A stretch of 38,840 bases of DNA, from assembly GCA_020536535.1 (NCBI GenBank), contig JAHLWZ010000025.1:1-38840 (forward strand), in the 5' to 3' direction. Numbering within the stretch: position 1 is the first letter of the stretch; each line of letters begins with the position of its first letter. This DNA is from Pelomyxa schiedti. Its lineage: Eukaryota > Protista > Evosea. Under the pieces are notes generated by a model. The model was not told the origin of the DNA. It saw only the letters and a program-made list of their open reading frames with translations, and ran no database searches. Position numbers and translations under genes: made by a program. Positions 1 through 12,229 of this stretch are shown one piece after another.

Positions 1-1570
1 CATGGCCACTGGTTGCAGGAGGGTTGCTGTTTCCTTTTTGAGGGGTGCAATTCCCTCTACCAGAGGAGGAATAGTCCTCCTCCCCATCAGAAAGTGATAC
101 ACTGTCATGATCAGGGTCACTGTTGGCTGTGATTGGGTAAGCTGGATTTGTTGTTGGTACAGCAGTTTTTGTTGATGCCGCTGGTTGTTGGAATGTAGGT
201 GAGGATGGCGATTGTGGGTGACTGTCAAGTGGAGTCTGTTGTTGTTGTTCTTCTTCTTGGTGAATGGTGCTGTTTTGGCTATCATCAGTGTGGCCTGGGG
301 GTGATTGTTTCTCTTTTTCGGGTGTTGATTGCAGTTGCGGTTTTGAAAGTGGTACTTGGTTGTCTTCTGCTGCCTGTGACTCTTTGGGTGTGCCTGGTTT
401 TGAGGCAGATTTTATTGGGGAAGTAACAGGAACCTGTATGGCAAGTTTAGCTCAACTCAAAGAGTGTTAAATTTAGAGTACCGGTGGCTTGACAGTGAAT
501 TTTGTGGGTGATGGTTTTGGTGGTACACTAGTTCTACTGGGAGGTCTTTTACTGTTTCCTGCTGTAAGTTAATAAGAATATTAAGTGTTAAGTTCTTACT
601 ATTGTTACTGGCAGAAATAGTGGGCCGGCTGGAGCCAGAGGCAGATAATGGCTTTTTGGTGGAAAAAGATGTTGGATGACTGGGAGTGGAAGGTGGCCTT
701 TTGGAGAGCGGGTTTAAGCCGGTGGGTTTAGGTGGATGTTGTGGAGATGCTGGCGTTTTTGCAACAAGTTTTTTTGCTACAAAGGATGGTGCTGGAATTC
801 CGCTTTGACCTGGAACTTTGGTATTTCCGGGTTTATTTGGTGTTTTCCTTGGCGGAATCTTGCTGCTATCATTATTCTGTGGCTGTGTGACAGTGGGTGG
901 TTTCTTGTGAAGTTGGTATGGAGGCTTGTGTGTAAGTGGAGTTGTAGGTTTGTTGGTTGAATTAGATTTTGGGGTGGATTGAGATACCGGCCTTTTGGGT
1001 GCAGGGAGATTTGTTGAAGGTTGTGTGGGTAATGGGAGTTTTGTGCCCAATGTATTGTTGGTGGAGTTAATTTGTTGGTGGGGGGCATTTACAACAGGTG
1101 AGAGGTAAGAAGTCGAAGGACTCTTGGATATTGGCGAAGCAGGTCTTCTGTAAGCCGGACCTGCTGATTTTGGACGTGGAATATCATCTCTTCCTCTATT
1201 GAAAGAGCTCTATGGAGTCATTCAGAAAACAACCGGTTAGGAAGGATACACACTTTGGCAACAATCAATTGTTTCTCTAGATTTAGTTTGACGGCTTTCA
1301 AATCAGCAATTTGAGTGTTGAGTGAACTTATTTCGAGATTTTTTCCTTGTAGTTGTTTTTCAAGGTGAAAGTTCTACATAAACTAATGTCATGAATCCGA
1401 ATGTAGTATATATGTTGGTAAGGGAATAGGACACCTTTTCTTCAGAGAGAGATAGTGACTTTCTGAGTTTCGCCAACTCTCCTGATAGTTTCTAACCGTG
1501 GCATTAAACACACCATAAGGAAGAATAAAGATACAACCTTCAGTTCTATTGATTCACTGTTACTTTGCAT
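1..1570 (-). CDS. Hypothetical protein, N-terminal coiled coil + long Pro/Ser/Thr/Lys-rich disordered region (copy 1; 3' end outside window)
   Basis: ATG at 1570 (MQSNSESIELK), GT-AG introns, coiled-coil exons (KLSGELAKLRKSLSLSEEK / NFHLEKQLQGKNLEISSLN), ORF 457..1050; near-identical to 24120-25672. Confidence 0.7.
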
Positions 1571-1786
1571 CGCACGTCTAGTCCTCATAAGCGAAAAAAA
1601 ACAAAAAAAAATGAAAAAACACATAGAACAGAGTTTGGTTCACAAGAATAATTGCACGAGGGAAAACCCGGGTTATTAGTGAGTGGTTAGAGAGGTTACC
1701 GGCAAGCGAAACGGTGTTTTATTGTTATTATTACAATGATTTTAGATTTAGGGGAAAATCACTTTGGTTTTTTGTCTTTATTGGAT

Positions 1787-3682
1787 TCAAATGGCCTTGA
1801 AGTGATGCACCAGGGTGTTCTGTTGTGCCTCGAATTGTATTGTAGTGGGGGTGCCATTAGATGTGTGGATAAGTGGCTTGTTGGTGTTCCCTAGGGCCGC
1901 AAAGAATTCCACGGATTTGGTTTCTCCTATTTTGGGGTTAGATTTTGCTGGTTGCTTGTGTGGTGTTGGGATCAGTTGTGATATTGGTGTGTTTAAGTGT
2001 GTTTTTCGCGGGTGTCTGTGTTGTGTTTTGTTGTGGTTTTTATTTTTTCCCGGTATGTTTGGGAGTTGGAATTGTTGGAGAACCTGGTTCTAGGTGCACG
2101 CGATCAAATCCAAACAGCTGCTTGATGGCACTGGCTGCTGCGTTTTCCGTAACATAGGCCAGAACAACCTCATCTCCAGCAAGAGTTCCGGTATTTGTTA
2201 CATTAACTCTGAGCAAGCGTGAGCAATGTGTGAAAAAAAGGTGTCAGTTTGTTAACCTGTAGTAAGTAGTCTGCAGAGTATTCACAACTTCCGGGAGGCT
2301 TGCCTGAGGGTCATACCAAGTCAGACTGAAGTTGGTGTATGACAACCCCCAACCAAATGGCCAAAGAGGTGTCCCTGTATAGTACCTTGAATTTGGTCAG
2401 AGAAATCCAATCCGAGAAAGAAAGACCTATATGTCCTGCCAGGGGTGACAGACATTCCCATCTCTGATTGGTGCCGGTTATATACAATTGGAACCTGGAC
2501 GAATAACCTGTGAGGGGAATCTGATTGACATAATCGGAGGGATACACTGTGTAAGGCATCTTCCCGCCAGGGTTGTAGTCGCCAAAGAGCTGATGAAGTG
2601 AGTAAAAAATGGAAAAGGCTTATACAGACCACGTCCGCAACAGCCTGAGCTTCACTCTGACCGGAGTAAAAGGCTTCAAGAATTCCAGGTACGTTTGCTT
2701 TAATCCACTCTGTGCGACTCGACTGTGAGACTGAAGTCTACCAACATTGTAGACTCACCAATTGAAAGAGCTCCGCCATTCACTAAAACAACAATAATAG
2801 GGGTGCCTGTGGCATACACTGTCTCGACTAAACTTTCTTGCACACCGGGGAGGCTTGTTGTATAGCGATCAAGACCCTCCGACTATTGAGAGTTAAAAGA
2901 CGAGACAACACAAAAAAGCCTTGCCTCTATGGAATTATCAATTCCCATCACCAAAACAGCAACATCTGCTGATTTAGCAGCATTAACAGCTGCCTGGAAT
3001 CCGGAGGTATCTTTGGGTGATATAAGTTATGAAAGGAGAGTTATCTTTCCCTCACCCTGACTGTTGATATCACAGCCTTTGGCATACACGGCCTAAAAAG
3101 CAGTTACTTTTTTTTGTTGAGGAAAACGCATACTGATGCCGCTTTGGATTGAATTGCGGTGAAAATTGACTGCATGCACGAGTAAGATCCATCATGACAG
3201 CGTTGCCCATAATAATTGCTGTTAGAGGGTCAGAGAGTGTTATTTTAGATGTCTGTACCCGAGGTATGTTGAGGGGGCATTTGCATTAGGGCCTGGTTTC
3301 TATGAGAAACAGTACTTAAAATGTTGGTGTTACCAATGACAGCAACTGAGACGTCCTTTGATAACGGAAGAATCCCGTTATTCTGCAGGAGCACCATACT
3401 CTCACGTGCAATCTTAGAACATTATTTAGCTAACGAGAGACATACTATGACAATACTTGTAGAGCCAATTGCTGGTGATATGCGCTATCTACAAGTTCAG
3501 GGCCATAACCTGTGTAAACTTGGATATCATCAGGGTCAAACTTATTTGAGTTAACAAGGCGATTCGATGGTCCTTCAGATCAACCATTCCGAGTTCAAAT
3601 CTTTGAGTGAAGAGCCGCTTGATGGCTAGATTGATATCATCCTCTTTTTCAGGTAAGGGAAAAGAATACGAACGGCAACGAA
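1787..3682 (-). CDS. GH3 beta-xylosidase/glucosidase, 3' half (partial copy, cut by gap)
   Basis: ARESMVLLQN, VLVNGGAL, YNPGGKMPYTVYP, PGRTYR, TNTGTLAGDEVVLAY, KQLFGFDRVHL (Fn3-like); stop TGA at 1787-1789. Confidence 0.9.
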
Positions 3683-3782
3683 NNNNNNNNNNNNNNNNNN
3701 NNNNNNNNNNNNNNNNNNNNNNNNNNNNNNNNNNNNNNNNNNNNNNNNNNNNNNNNNNNNNNNNNNNNNNNNNNNNNNNNNN

Positions 3783-4977
3783 TCCAAAGAAAGTATGCAT
3801 AAGGAATTTTGAACAACTTTTGAAGCTGACAGTTTAGTCATTAAGTGCCTGAAATGCACGATAGGAGGGATAACAACAATGAAATAAAGACTCACCCAAA
3901 GCCGGGGGAAACTTCAGATGAGGCTGTCTTGGCATATTTCTTTGTTGTCTTTTTGGAAAATAGAGTGAAACTGACAACTGATTTTTTTGGGCAGCGTGGC
4001 TTTGTACTGACAACCATTTGTTTTGAATATAAACCGGCTCTGGCTATCTCTCTACACAAGTTGTCCAATTCATCCCGGTTTTTGGAACTATATCAATAAG
4101 TTTCATAAAGGAATCACAAAAATGGAAACCTGCATTGGAAGAAACCATAGGCACCTAGTTTCATTGAACATTCAATCCCAGTTTGAAACGGAACAAATGA
4201 CCCCGACAGTTGCTTGGTCTATGTTTAAACATAGAGGAAAGGTGAAGTTGCCCTACACTGGAATTCAGGGAGTTTAGCAGGTCCGATTTCAAACCAACAA
4301 GAAATACAACCTAAAAACAGTCACACTGGAACAGACTGAGTGCGGTAATTACCGTTTCAGAGTTTTTCCTGATTCTTGGATGGTATACATCCACCGCTTC
4401 ATCAAAAGAATGACGGTCTGTGACAGAAAAACAGAGAAGTATGACGTTTGCACTTTTAACTCTGAAAAAAGGAGAATTAGTGTCAACACAACCGAAATGT
4501 TACAAACGCTCTGTCCAGAATGCAGATGAATTCCTCTGCGTTTCTTAAATAAATAAGTAATAGAAGTGAACAAACACAGACACACCTCTCCTCAAATTCC
4601 AGTGTAACAGGAACACCATCAACCTCCAAATGCTTTTGGTACTGCAAGCACCAATTAATTCGTTAGCGAAACTAAGCAAATAAAAATGCCAGAGTCCCAC
4701 CGGTGGGTCCTCCAATGTCGGGTTGTACTCTGGCTCCGAAAAGTAACCCCTACGAATACTAAAAGGCACGTGTAAGAACCACAGTGCTCTACTACTGTAG
4801 TAGTGCATGTGTGCGAATGCCGCTGTTTGTTTTGCGCCGTTGTTGTGGCAACAAGCGGGGCTTATGGGATGGTTAGTTAGTGGAGACTCACGACTCCAGG
4901 AGTGTTGACTTGCCCACACCCTGCGGTCCCATCACTGCTATCATGCCCCGCTGCCTCCTGCTCACTACAGTTGTCAT
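3783..4977 (-). CDS. Atypical Ras/Rho-superfamily small GTPase with C-terminal extension (3' end lost in gap)
   Basis: Spliced by hand: MTTVVSRRQRGMIAVMGPQGVGKSTLLES|IRRGYFSEPEYNPTLEDPP|YQKHLEVDGVPVTLEFEER|NAEEFICILDRA|VKSANVILLCFSVTDRHSFDEA...|VVFLVGLKSDL...|LGAYGFFQCS|SKNRDELDNLCREIARAG. G1, G2, G4 and G5 motifs present; all introns GT-AG. Confidence 0.88.
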
Positions 4978-5141
4978 CAGACTTCGCCAGTTACGGTAAA
5001 TCCGCTGAACTGACCACCAAACAGTACCTCTGGCACATGTGATGAAGGCAGAGGTTGGTTGTTGAGGGAGGAGGTTTTACTCATATGACTATACACTGTG
5101 GTGTTTGTGTTTGTTTGGAAATAGTGACTAAATGAATGTTA

Positions 5142-7403
5142 TCACCACCGGAACACGGGAAATATCTTGGAAGCTATACGGAATTGTATGGGGCCAAAGG
5201 GCACAAGTTCGCCGTCGACGCCAAGAAGTCCGGTGGGCTCTAGAGGTTCGAGAGTGAAGCCACGAGCCTATTGTGTGCAATTAGACTTGAGAAAGTTGGG
5301 AGCTGGTTTGGAAAACCTTGTAATACTGCATTCCCGGCTTGGTGGCATGGTCACCAGTCGCACCAAGGCCAATGAGACACGTGGTAACGCGGAACCGCGA
5401 GGCGGCATCAGCAGGTAACCACAAAAGGTCCATGTGGCCATCCCCAAGGTGTGCATACCTGAGTAAAATTAGTTGAGAAACGGCTCAAGGTGCCATTAAT
5501 TTACGGTGCGCAGAGCAAATCTGTCATCATGTGAGGGATTTTGCACAAAAGAACCAACGAAAATGATCCTTCATGTACTTCCCACCCTGGAGGCGGATCT
5601 TGACCTATCCTGGAAGAGATTAATCTATTATTATCGATTTGGGAAAAGTAACTTATGAAACGGGTCCGGGAATAGTTCGTGATATAGCGTTGGGATGTCA
5701 TTTGTCCAGTCTAGGGGCGTTCTTTGTGTAATCCATGAAGAAATAGTAGAGGCAGGTGAAGGAGATGCAGATTTATCAGTATCTTCTAAATGTAAAGATG
5801 ATGCGGCTGCCAAAGGGGGTGTTGGTGATGGTGGGTGGACTTCGGGGTCATGAAGTGAAGACGAGTTGGATGCACATAACGGGCAATCTCTTTTACAGGG
5901 AGTAGTTTTCCACTCGGGTGTTGAGCACGGCTGAAAAGTAATTCTTCCCCTAAATAAGTTAGGGAAACCTCAAGTAGGTGGGGGAAAAGTCCTACACCTG
6001 TAAGTCGGGTTAAACACTACTTTCCAGACACCCCATATTGTCTCTCTCATACCGCCAAGGAAGCGTATTTTCTCTTGATTAGTTAATGCACAAAGGAATT
6101 TCGGCAGCCAGGAAACCTGATTCGAAGTCGATATCAGCAATCAAACCCCATTGACACGAAACAAGACCCCACATATGAAGCTTGAACTGTGGTTGTGTGG
6201 AGAGGAACAAATCTATTGTAAATAAGTAGAGATGGAAAACTGCATGTGGGAGGTACCAATATATTGTACTTTCTTTCTTATGATATGGCAGGTGGCACAA
6301 GGAATTGATTTACTTCCATACAGGGACATTGCCAAACCATTGCCAGTCCCTGAAGTTAAAGTAACAAATGAATCGCGAATACATAATTATACCTGCAGGG
6401 ATAACCCCAACTGGAGTTCTCTGCAAAGCAATCTTCCAATCAGATCGGTCCATAATTCCATTTATAACTTCAGAGAGCATCCCATCGCCACCGACAGTAA
6501 TAACGCCGCCATACCGGTCCACAGGCATGGATTTTACAAGAGAATATGCATGTCCAGCCTTACTTGTTACTACTTTTTCGAAGGTGTGCCCAGACGCTTT
6601 TCTCAGTAGAATCCAGTTAGCTACAAAAGGCACTGAAGGTTAAAAATACCTGTAAGTAAGGGTTCACAATGAGTTGTGAATAAATTAAGCGCCGTTTTGG
6701 TCCCAGAAATCGGATTAATAAAAATCAGGAAAGGGAGGCTCGTATCAGATGGACAAGTGGACGCAATTAAGCTCCGTAGTGTAGATATCCACTCTAATAC
6801 ATTTGTTGGGGATGGAAAAACAACAATACCAACTTTCTGCTTGAGAGTAAGAAGGAGCCAAGCATGAAAATAGCATATGAGTGCGGTAGGTGTTCGCTTC
6901 GGGGGTCACATCACACAGTGCGTGAACTTGGAATCCATTTTCACTGTCTGGAACCACAATACAGAGGCTGGAGACTGGAACAGACCAAGGTAGACACGCT
7001 TTGGCGACTGCGTTGCCCTGGTTTGGGTTTTTGTAAAATACAAAAAAGAGGGGAAATGCACTCTCACAGTTGGGCAGGAATCGTCCACAAGCCAAACTGA
7101 CCGCGTCAACACCGATTGCATCACGTAGCCATTGATCACCAGAGTCCCACTCTGCACAACAGTGTCCGCTCCACCGCCGTCACTTCCGCCACTCGCGTCC
7201 ACAGTGCCCAAAGACACAGGAGTAGCAGAGCAAGATGCAGATGTAGATGTTGGTGTAGAGGCAGAAGAAGAGGAAGAAGTGGTCGTAGTTGCGGAGGTCG
7301 CGGTACAACAACCGCGAGCAAGATCTGATTGAGAACTACACTGATTTGTAGTAGGACCGTGTGAGTTGTTGTTGCCACCGTTGTCCGCACGTACTTCCGT
7401 CAT
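5142..7403 (-). CDS. Sphingosine kinase-like lipid kinase (DAGKc domain)
   Basis: Motifs FLIFINPISG, VITVGGDGMLSEVING, TPVGVIPAG, GNG, WGLIADIDFES, AP|YAHLGDGHMDL, GVDGE; stop at 5142. Start uncertain: first in-frame ATG at 7403, frame open further upstream. Confidence 0.9.
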
Positions 7404-7739
7404 CTCACCGCTTGCACCACCACACCTCACTTCCTCCCCCTTGTACACCGAGATCTTGTGGTTTTCTAGTTTCGTTGGTTCGGTGAGGCCTCGTGATGAC
7501 ACCAATTGCCGGTCCCGGTCACCAGTCAACGCGTCTCAGTGCTTTGATGTGGCGTTGAACACGCCTCATCAATCAAGAAAAGGTACAGGGAGCCTTGGAT
7601 TGCTGGTGTACACGTACAATGGGACGCACCCCGATTGTTCTCCTGCGGTAGCAACCCCCCTCCCAATTGGGGGTTGAGTTTCTGAGCCGGCTGACCCGTC
7701 ATCAAAAACCGTTTTCAACGAGGAACTAAATTTCAAAGA

Positions 7740-7890
7740 AAAACCCCGTGTCACGACACGAGACAACACGCGTCGTTTTGCCGTGGTACGCGACACCAAA
7801 AACCCACATAAAAAACCGACTAGTCAGTCGCGTGTGGATCTAGATCTCTCGTACTAACAACATACAGACAGCAGTAATTAATCGATCGCA
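7740..7890. promoter_or_regulatory. Putative bidirectional promoter rich in short palindromes
   Basis: Lies between divergent genes; CGTGTC-AC-GACACG (7747-7760), GACTAGTC (7818-7825), GATCTAGATC (7837-7846). Confidence 0.4.
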
Positions 7891-7913
7891 CCATAACCAA
7901 TAATACAAAACAG

Positions 7914-10900
7914 AACAACTACTACGGCGTCGTCACCCACAAACAGCAGCAACAACAGCCACAACTCCTTTTCGCGCGTCGGGGGCGGGGGCTTTGTAGG
8001 CGTTTCGGGCGCGGGCCCCCGACGCGGCGTTGGGATCTTGTCGCCCACGACAACAGCGACGTCTCCTCCTTCTTCTGGCGCCACTCCTGCGAACGCTAAC
8101 GTAAACGCAAACGCCGCGCGACTTCCTAATAATAGTATTAATTACAATCCCGAAGCTTCGTCGTTTGCTTCTTCCACCTCCACTTCGTCGTCGTCACCCG
8201 CGTCGTCGGTTCGTTCCGCCCCGCCTCCTTCTTCTTTCTCGTCTTACTCGTCGTCCACGCCGTTCGCGCCTTCGTCTCCTCCGTCGTCTCGCCTTTTTCA
8301 ACGAACACCAAACACCCTGGGCACGCCCCAAGTTTTACAAGTAAAGGACTTGTACTCGCCGCCGGCGCAGCAGCGCCAGCAACCATTCCTTGAATGGTCC
8401 ACTGCGTCTTTGTCAAGTGTGTTTTCCTAATGTGGTGTCATTATTTACTGACTTTTACGAAACACAGATTATGCTTCTATGGTTAGCGGTTCTAATTCCC
8501 GCAAACAAGCCAGTGGTATCAATGACAAGGAAGAAATACTTTTTCCCACACTGTCGGACGATAACTTCTCTGCAAGTGAATCAGATAGTATTACGCCTCT
8601 TTACATTGTAGGTACACTTATGCTTTTTCAGATCCCTCCTGGACATCAGACACTGATCTAATTACTAATCGCCGTCAAATACACAAACGCATCCCAAAGC
8701 AGCCGTACACAAACCAACCTTTTCAACCAACCCACCTTCCTTTCTTCAATGACAATTCTGGTGACGGCAGCAATGTTGCTACCAACCCGGGTGATATGAC
8801 AGATGATAGTGTTGATGGGTTCAGTTATGACTCTGATTATTATAGTGACACTACAGATACAGACACCAAGAACTACCACGACAGTAGTCTCAGTGATAGT
8901 TCGATTCTTCCTCGTCACTCTGCCCTCCAATCGAGAGCTGGGTTTCGTTCTCCAACATCTTTCAATGCTCCTCGGCTAGCCCCACAGTGGAGCCGGAACG
9001 AGACTGACAATTCAACCATGGCTGAGGATGCTTATCCCTTTTTCTTGCCGGCTGGTATGCTTGATGACGAAGAAAGTCAAAACAAACATCCCAAAGATCT
9101 CAATGTACCTTCTTCGTTCCTATCTTCTTTTTAATCACTATGTCTAAGGCATTCCTCAATCCAGCAAATTCTTCTAGGTAGAAGCAATTCAAATTTTCAT
9201 CTGCTAACTTTTTTTTCAGAGATCGTAGCACAGATAATCCTAAGAACCTTACAGTAAACTATCTTTCAGTGATTTTTCTTACATAAATATGTTTAGGTAA
9301 ATCCGGGGACCCGAGGTGACCAACAACCAGCACTTAACAATCCCCACTTGGTAGCTCCAGGTGATTCTAGTCGCCCATCAAGTGCACCTTCCAAAGCCTT
9401 ATTGCATCATGCACTTTCTTCTTCAAATCCTTCCATCACCCCTTCACCCAATGTATTAGTTGTGCACAAGTACCATAAACAAAGTGGTTCCAGTCCAACT
9501 TCAGCACTTCAACCCCTTGTCCCAGTGTCTACAAATTCCCCATCTCGGTCAATATCAGTATTTTTCTCTCATCCTCATAAGACTCTCTAATTTTGTCATC
9601 AGCTGAATAAGCCCCCAACAACTCGTAGCCTAGCAGATATCCAGACACTGAGTAGAATCCAGGTAACTTCATACTAATTAATATCGTCTATCTAAGGAAA
9701 TGCACAGTTAATGGTTGAACTTCTACAATCCGAGTTGAGCAAACCTTGTACTCCCCCAGCATCCATATCACCACCCCATACCGGGCCGCCGTCTTCACCC
9801 CCAAGAAACCGTCAGATCTCATCTCCGGTTAATACTCCGAAGTCCATTACTGTCTCCACCAACTTAGCCTCATCACCACCAAAATCGAGACAGATATCAA
9901 TACAAACAACAAAAACCGGAGAATCAAGTGCTTCTGTGCTTCCATTACAACTGCAGCCTAAGGTTTACAACAATCAAATGATTACACTAATCAGCTCAGC
10001 AGAAATCGCATGTCACAAACGCTCCAACCACCCAGCCTGCACAAGAAAAAGGCAAACAGGTTGCAGTTTGTGTTCCAGACCTTTCAGAAGAAACGAAAGT
10101 GGGTCCCAAAGAAACTCAAGAGGATATTCATTCGACTTCTGCCACTGTTCCAAACCCGGAAACTTCTAAGTCAAGTGAAGACCACCAACCCCCAAAATCC
10201 TCTGAAGAAATACGAAATCCACAGCATCTCAATATTACCATAACCAAACAGACTCCAACATCTGTTATTGTCACCTCAAAAAGAAAGACACCTTCTCCAG
10301 TAAGAATTACTTACCGAACCGGTCCTCTATCTCCCAACCCCCCAGTAATCCCCGACCTCAGCATCATCAAGCCAACTGCCCAAATCAAAGAACCTGATCA
10401 ACCTGCACCAGTTACAATTAACCGGCAACCTAGTCCAAATGTGGAAAATCCTCCCGCTTCAACACCCATACTTGACTTGCCTCCAGTGAGTGTAAAAGAA
10501 GTGCCCCCGTCAACTTCACCCATCACTGCAGATCCTGCACCAGCCTTGATTCCGCCGGTTTCTCCTCCCTCCACCCTAGAGGATAACGGCACACAAACAC
10601 CCCAAACTATCCCGGCAACACCGGAACCAACTACACCACCGGCGCCATTACGCACCCCACCTATCAAAATCCCAAAACAGAAAAAGCCAAAGAAGCCTTC
10701 TCCACGCAGAGAGGTCACAGTGGCAACCGTGGCAGCCACTGCCGACACTGAACCAGTGCCTCAATCAATAGAATTAATAGATGCCGCATCTGCTACAAAC
10801 CCCACCCTCCCTCTTCCATCTCCTGTGCAACCAGCAGGGCTTCCATCTGAAGCGGAACCATCAAATATAGCCTCAACAGTAACAGTGGAAAACACTGTCC

Positions 10901-11703
10901 CAGAAAATCCACCCAAAAATACTGCAACTTCACAAACTTCACCGCCAGAAGTGAAAGAAGTAGAAAGTAGCAAGATACCAGAGCCCCACAAGTCCCCCGC
11001 TCAGGAGGAACAGCAAAAGGAACAATCACCCAGAGAAACACCCATTTTGCCAGACCAGCAACAGTTGAATAATTCTATCCAAGAGAAACAAGAAGAAACC
11101 CAAGAGAAGCAAGAAGAACCAGAGCTGGAGCAACCACCAACAATACAAGAGAAACAAGAAAAACAAGAACCGGAACAACTGCCGCTGGAGCAACATCAAC
11201 AGCAAGACACCTCAGAGCCAGAGAAACCAACAGAGAAACACCACAAAAAACACTCCCGCCCCAAAACCAATCATCAGCATCAACAACAGCCACAGCACCC
11301 CCACACTGCAACCGCAACCACAACCACTCTCACTACCACCAGCACAACAGCTTCCCACATCAACACAAGCAACAGCAATAGTAATGACAATACCGGCAAC
11401 AGCAACGGCAATAGCAATGGCACTACCGGCAGCAGCAACAACAACAACAATGTTGTCGGCAGCATCATTGTAGTGATTGTTGCGTGTGTTGCCGGCTGTC
11501 TAGGTGTAACACTGGGCCCACTTGTTCCCACATACCTGGCTATTATGGGCCTCGGCACCCTCGTTGTTGCCTGCTCTGTTGTTCTCCTCCTTGTCTACTG
11601 CCGGCATCACCCTTCTTCCCATCATCACACCAGCAACTCACAACAACAAACCACAGCAAACAACAATCCAACACAAACTGAGAAGCCCCACCATGGCACC
11701 TAA
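7914..11703 (+). CDS. Large disordered Ser/Pro/Thr/Gln-rich protein with C-terminal two-helix membrane anchor; PAM2-like motif near N-terminus
   Basis: ORFs 8038, 8479, 8796, 9348, 9711 and 10099 can be joined by short GT-AG introns (not every junction checked); hydrophobic VVGSIIVVIVACVAGCLGVTLGPLVPTYLAIMGLGTLVVACSVVLLLVYC; start unresolved (first ATG 8479). Confidence 0.7.
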
Positions 11704-11931
11704 GGCGTACNNNNNNNNNNNNNNNNNNNNNNNNNNNNNNNNNNNNNNNNNNNNNNNNNNNNNNNNNNNNNNNNNNNNNNNNNNNNNNNNNNNNNNNNNN
11801 NNNNNNNNNNCTTGTCTACTGCCGGCATCACCCTTCTTCCCATCATCACACCAGCAACTCACAACAACAAACCACAGCAAACAACAATCCAACACAAACT
11901 GAGAAGCCCCACCATGGCACCTAAGGCGTAC
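11590..11931 (+). repeat. ~120 bp identical duplication either side of N gap (scaffolding overlap artefact)
   Basis: 11590-11710 = 11811-11931, separated by exactly 100 N. Confidence 0.9.
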
Positions 11932-12014
11932 TTCAGGAAACAAAAATCAAAAAACCTTCTTATCCTATGAAACAATTTCGTTTCTTTTTCAAATTGCATT
12001 CAATTTGTGATCAG

Positions 12015-12176
12015 TATTGGACGTTTCAGTCAAAAAACGGCATAATGAATGAAAAATAAAAACAACCAACAAAAAACAAGTTTATCCACTGGGCGCACTC
12101 AGTGCATTTCGTTTGATTTTGATGATAGTTCTCGTTTTTTGTTTGTGTGGCGGGTTTTTGACTGAAACGTCCAATA
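12015..12176. mobile_element. MITE, Tc1/mariner-like (TA flanks)
   Basis: TA|TTGGACGTTTCAGTCAAAAA ... TTTTTGACTGAAACGTCCAA|TA; 20-bp perfect TIR, non-coding A/T-rich interior. Confidence 0.75.
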
Positions 12177-12229
12177 GACTCCAATTTCTCTTTTCCTCTT
12201 GTTTGTTTGGCAACAATGAGTCTTTTCAG

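Larger units (their letters stand above)
1..3682 (+). repeat. Long near-identical duplicate of 24120-27759
   Basis: Starts catggccactggttgcagga (=24120) and ends gaatacgaacggcaacgaa (=27759) at an N gap; scattered SNPs and small indels. Confidence 0.97.

Noticed and set aside
11590-11931. Apparent tandem duplication of gene 3' end
   Set aside because: Identical ~120 bp either side of a 100-N gap: unmerged contig overlap.
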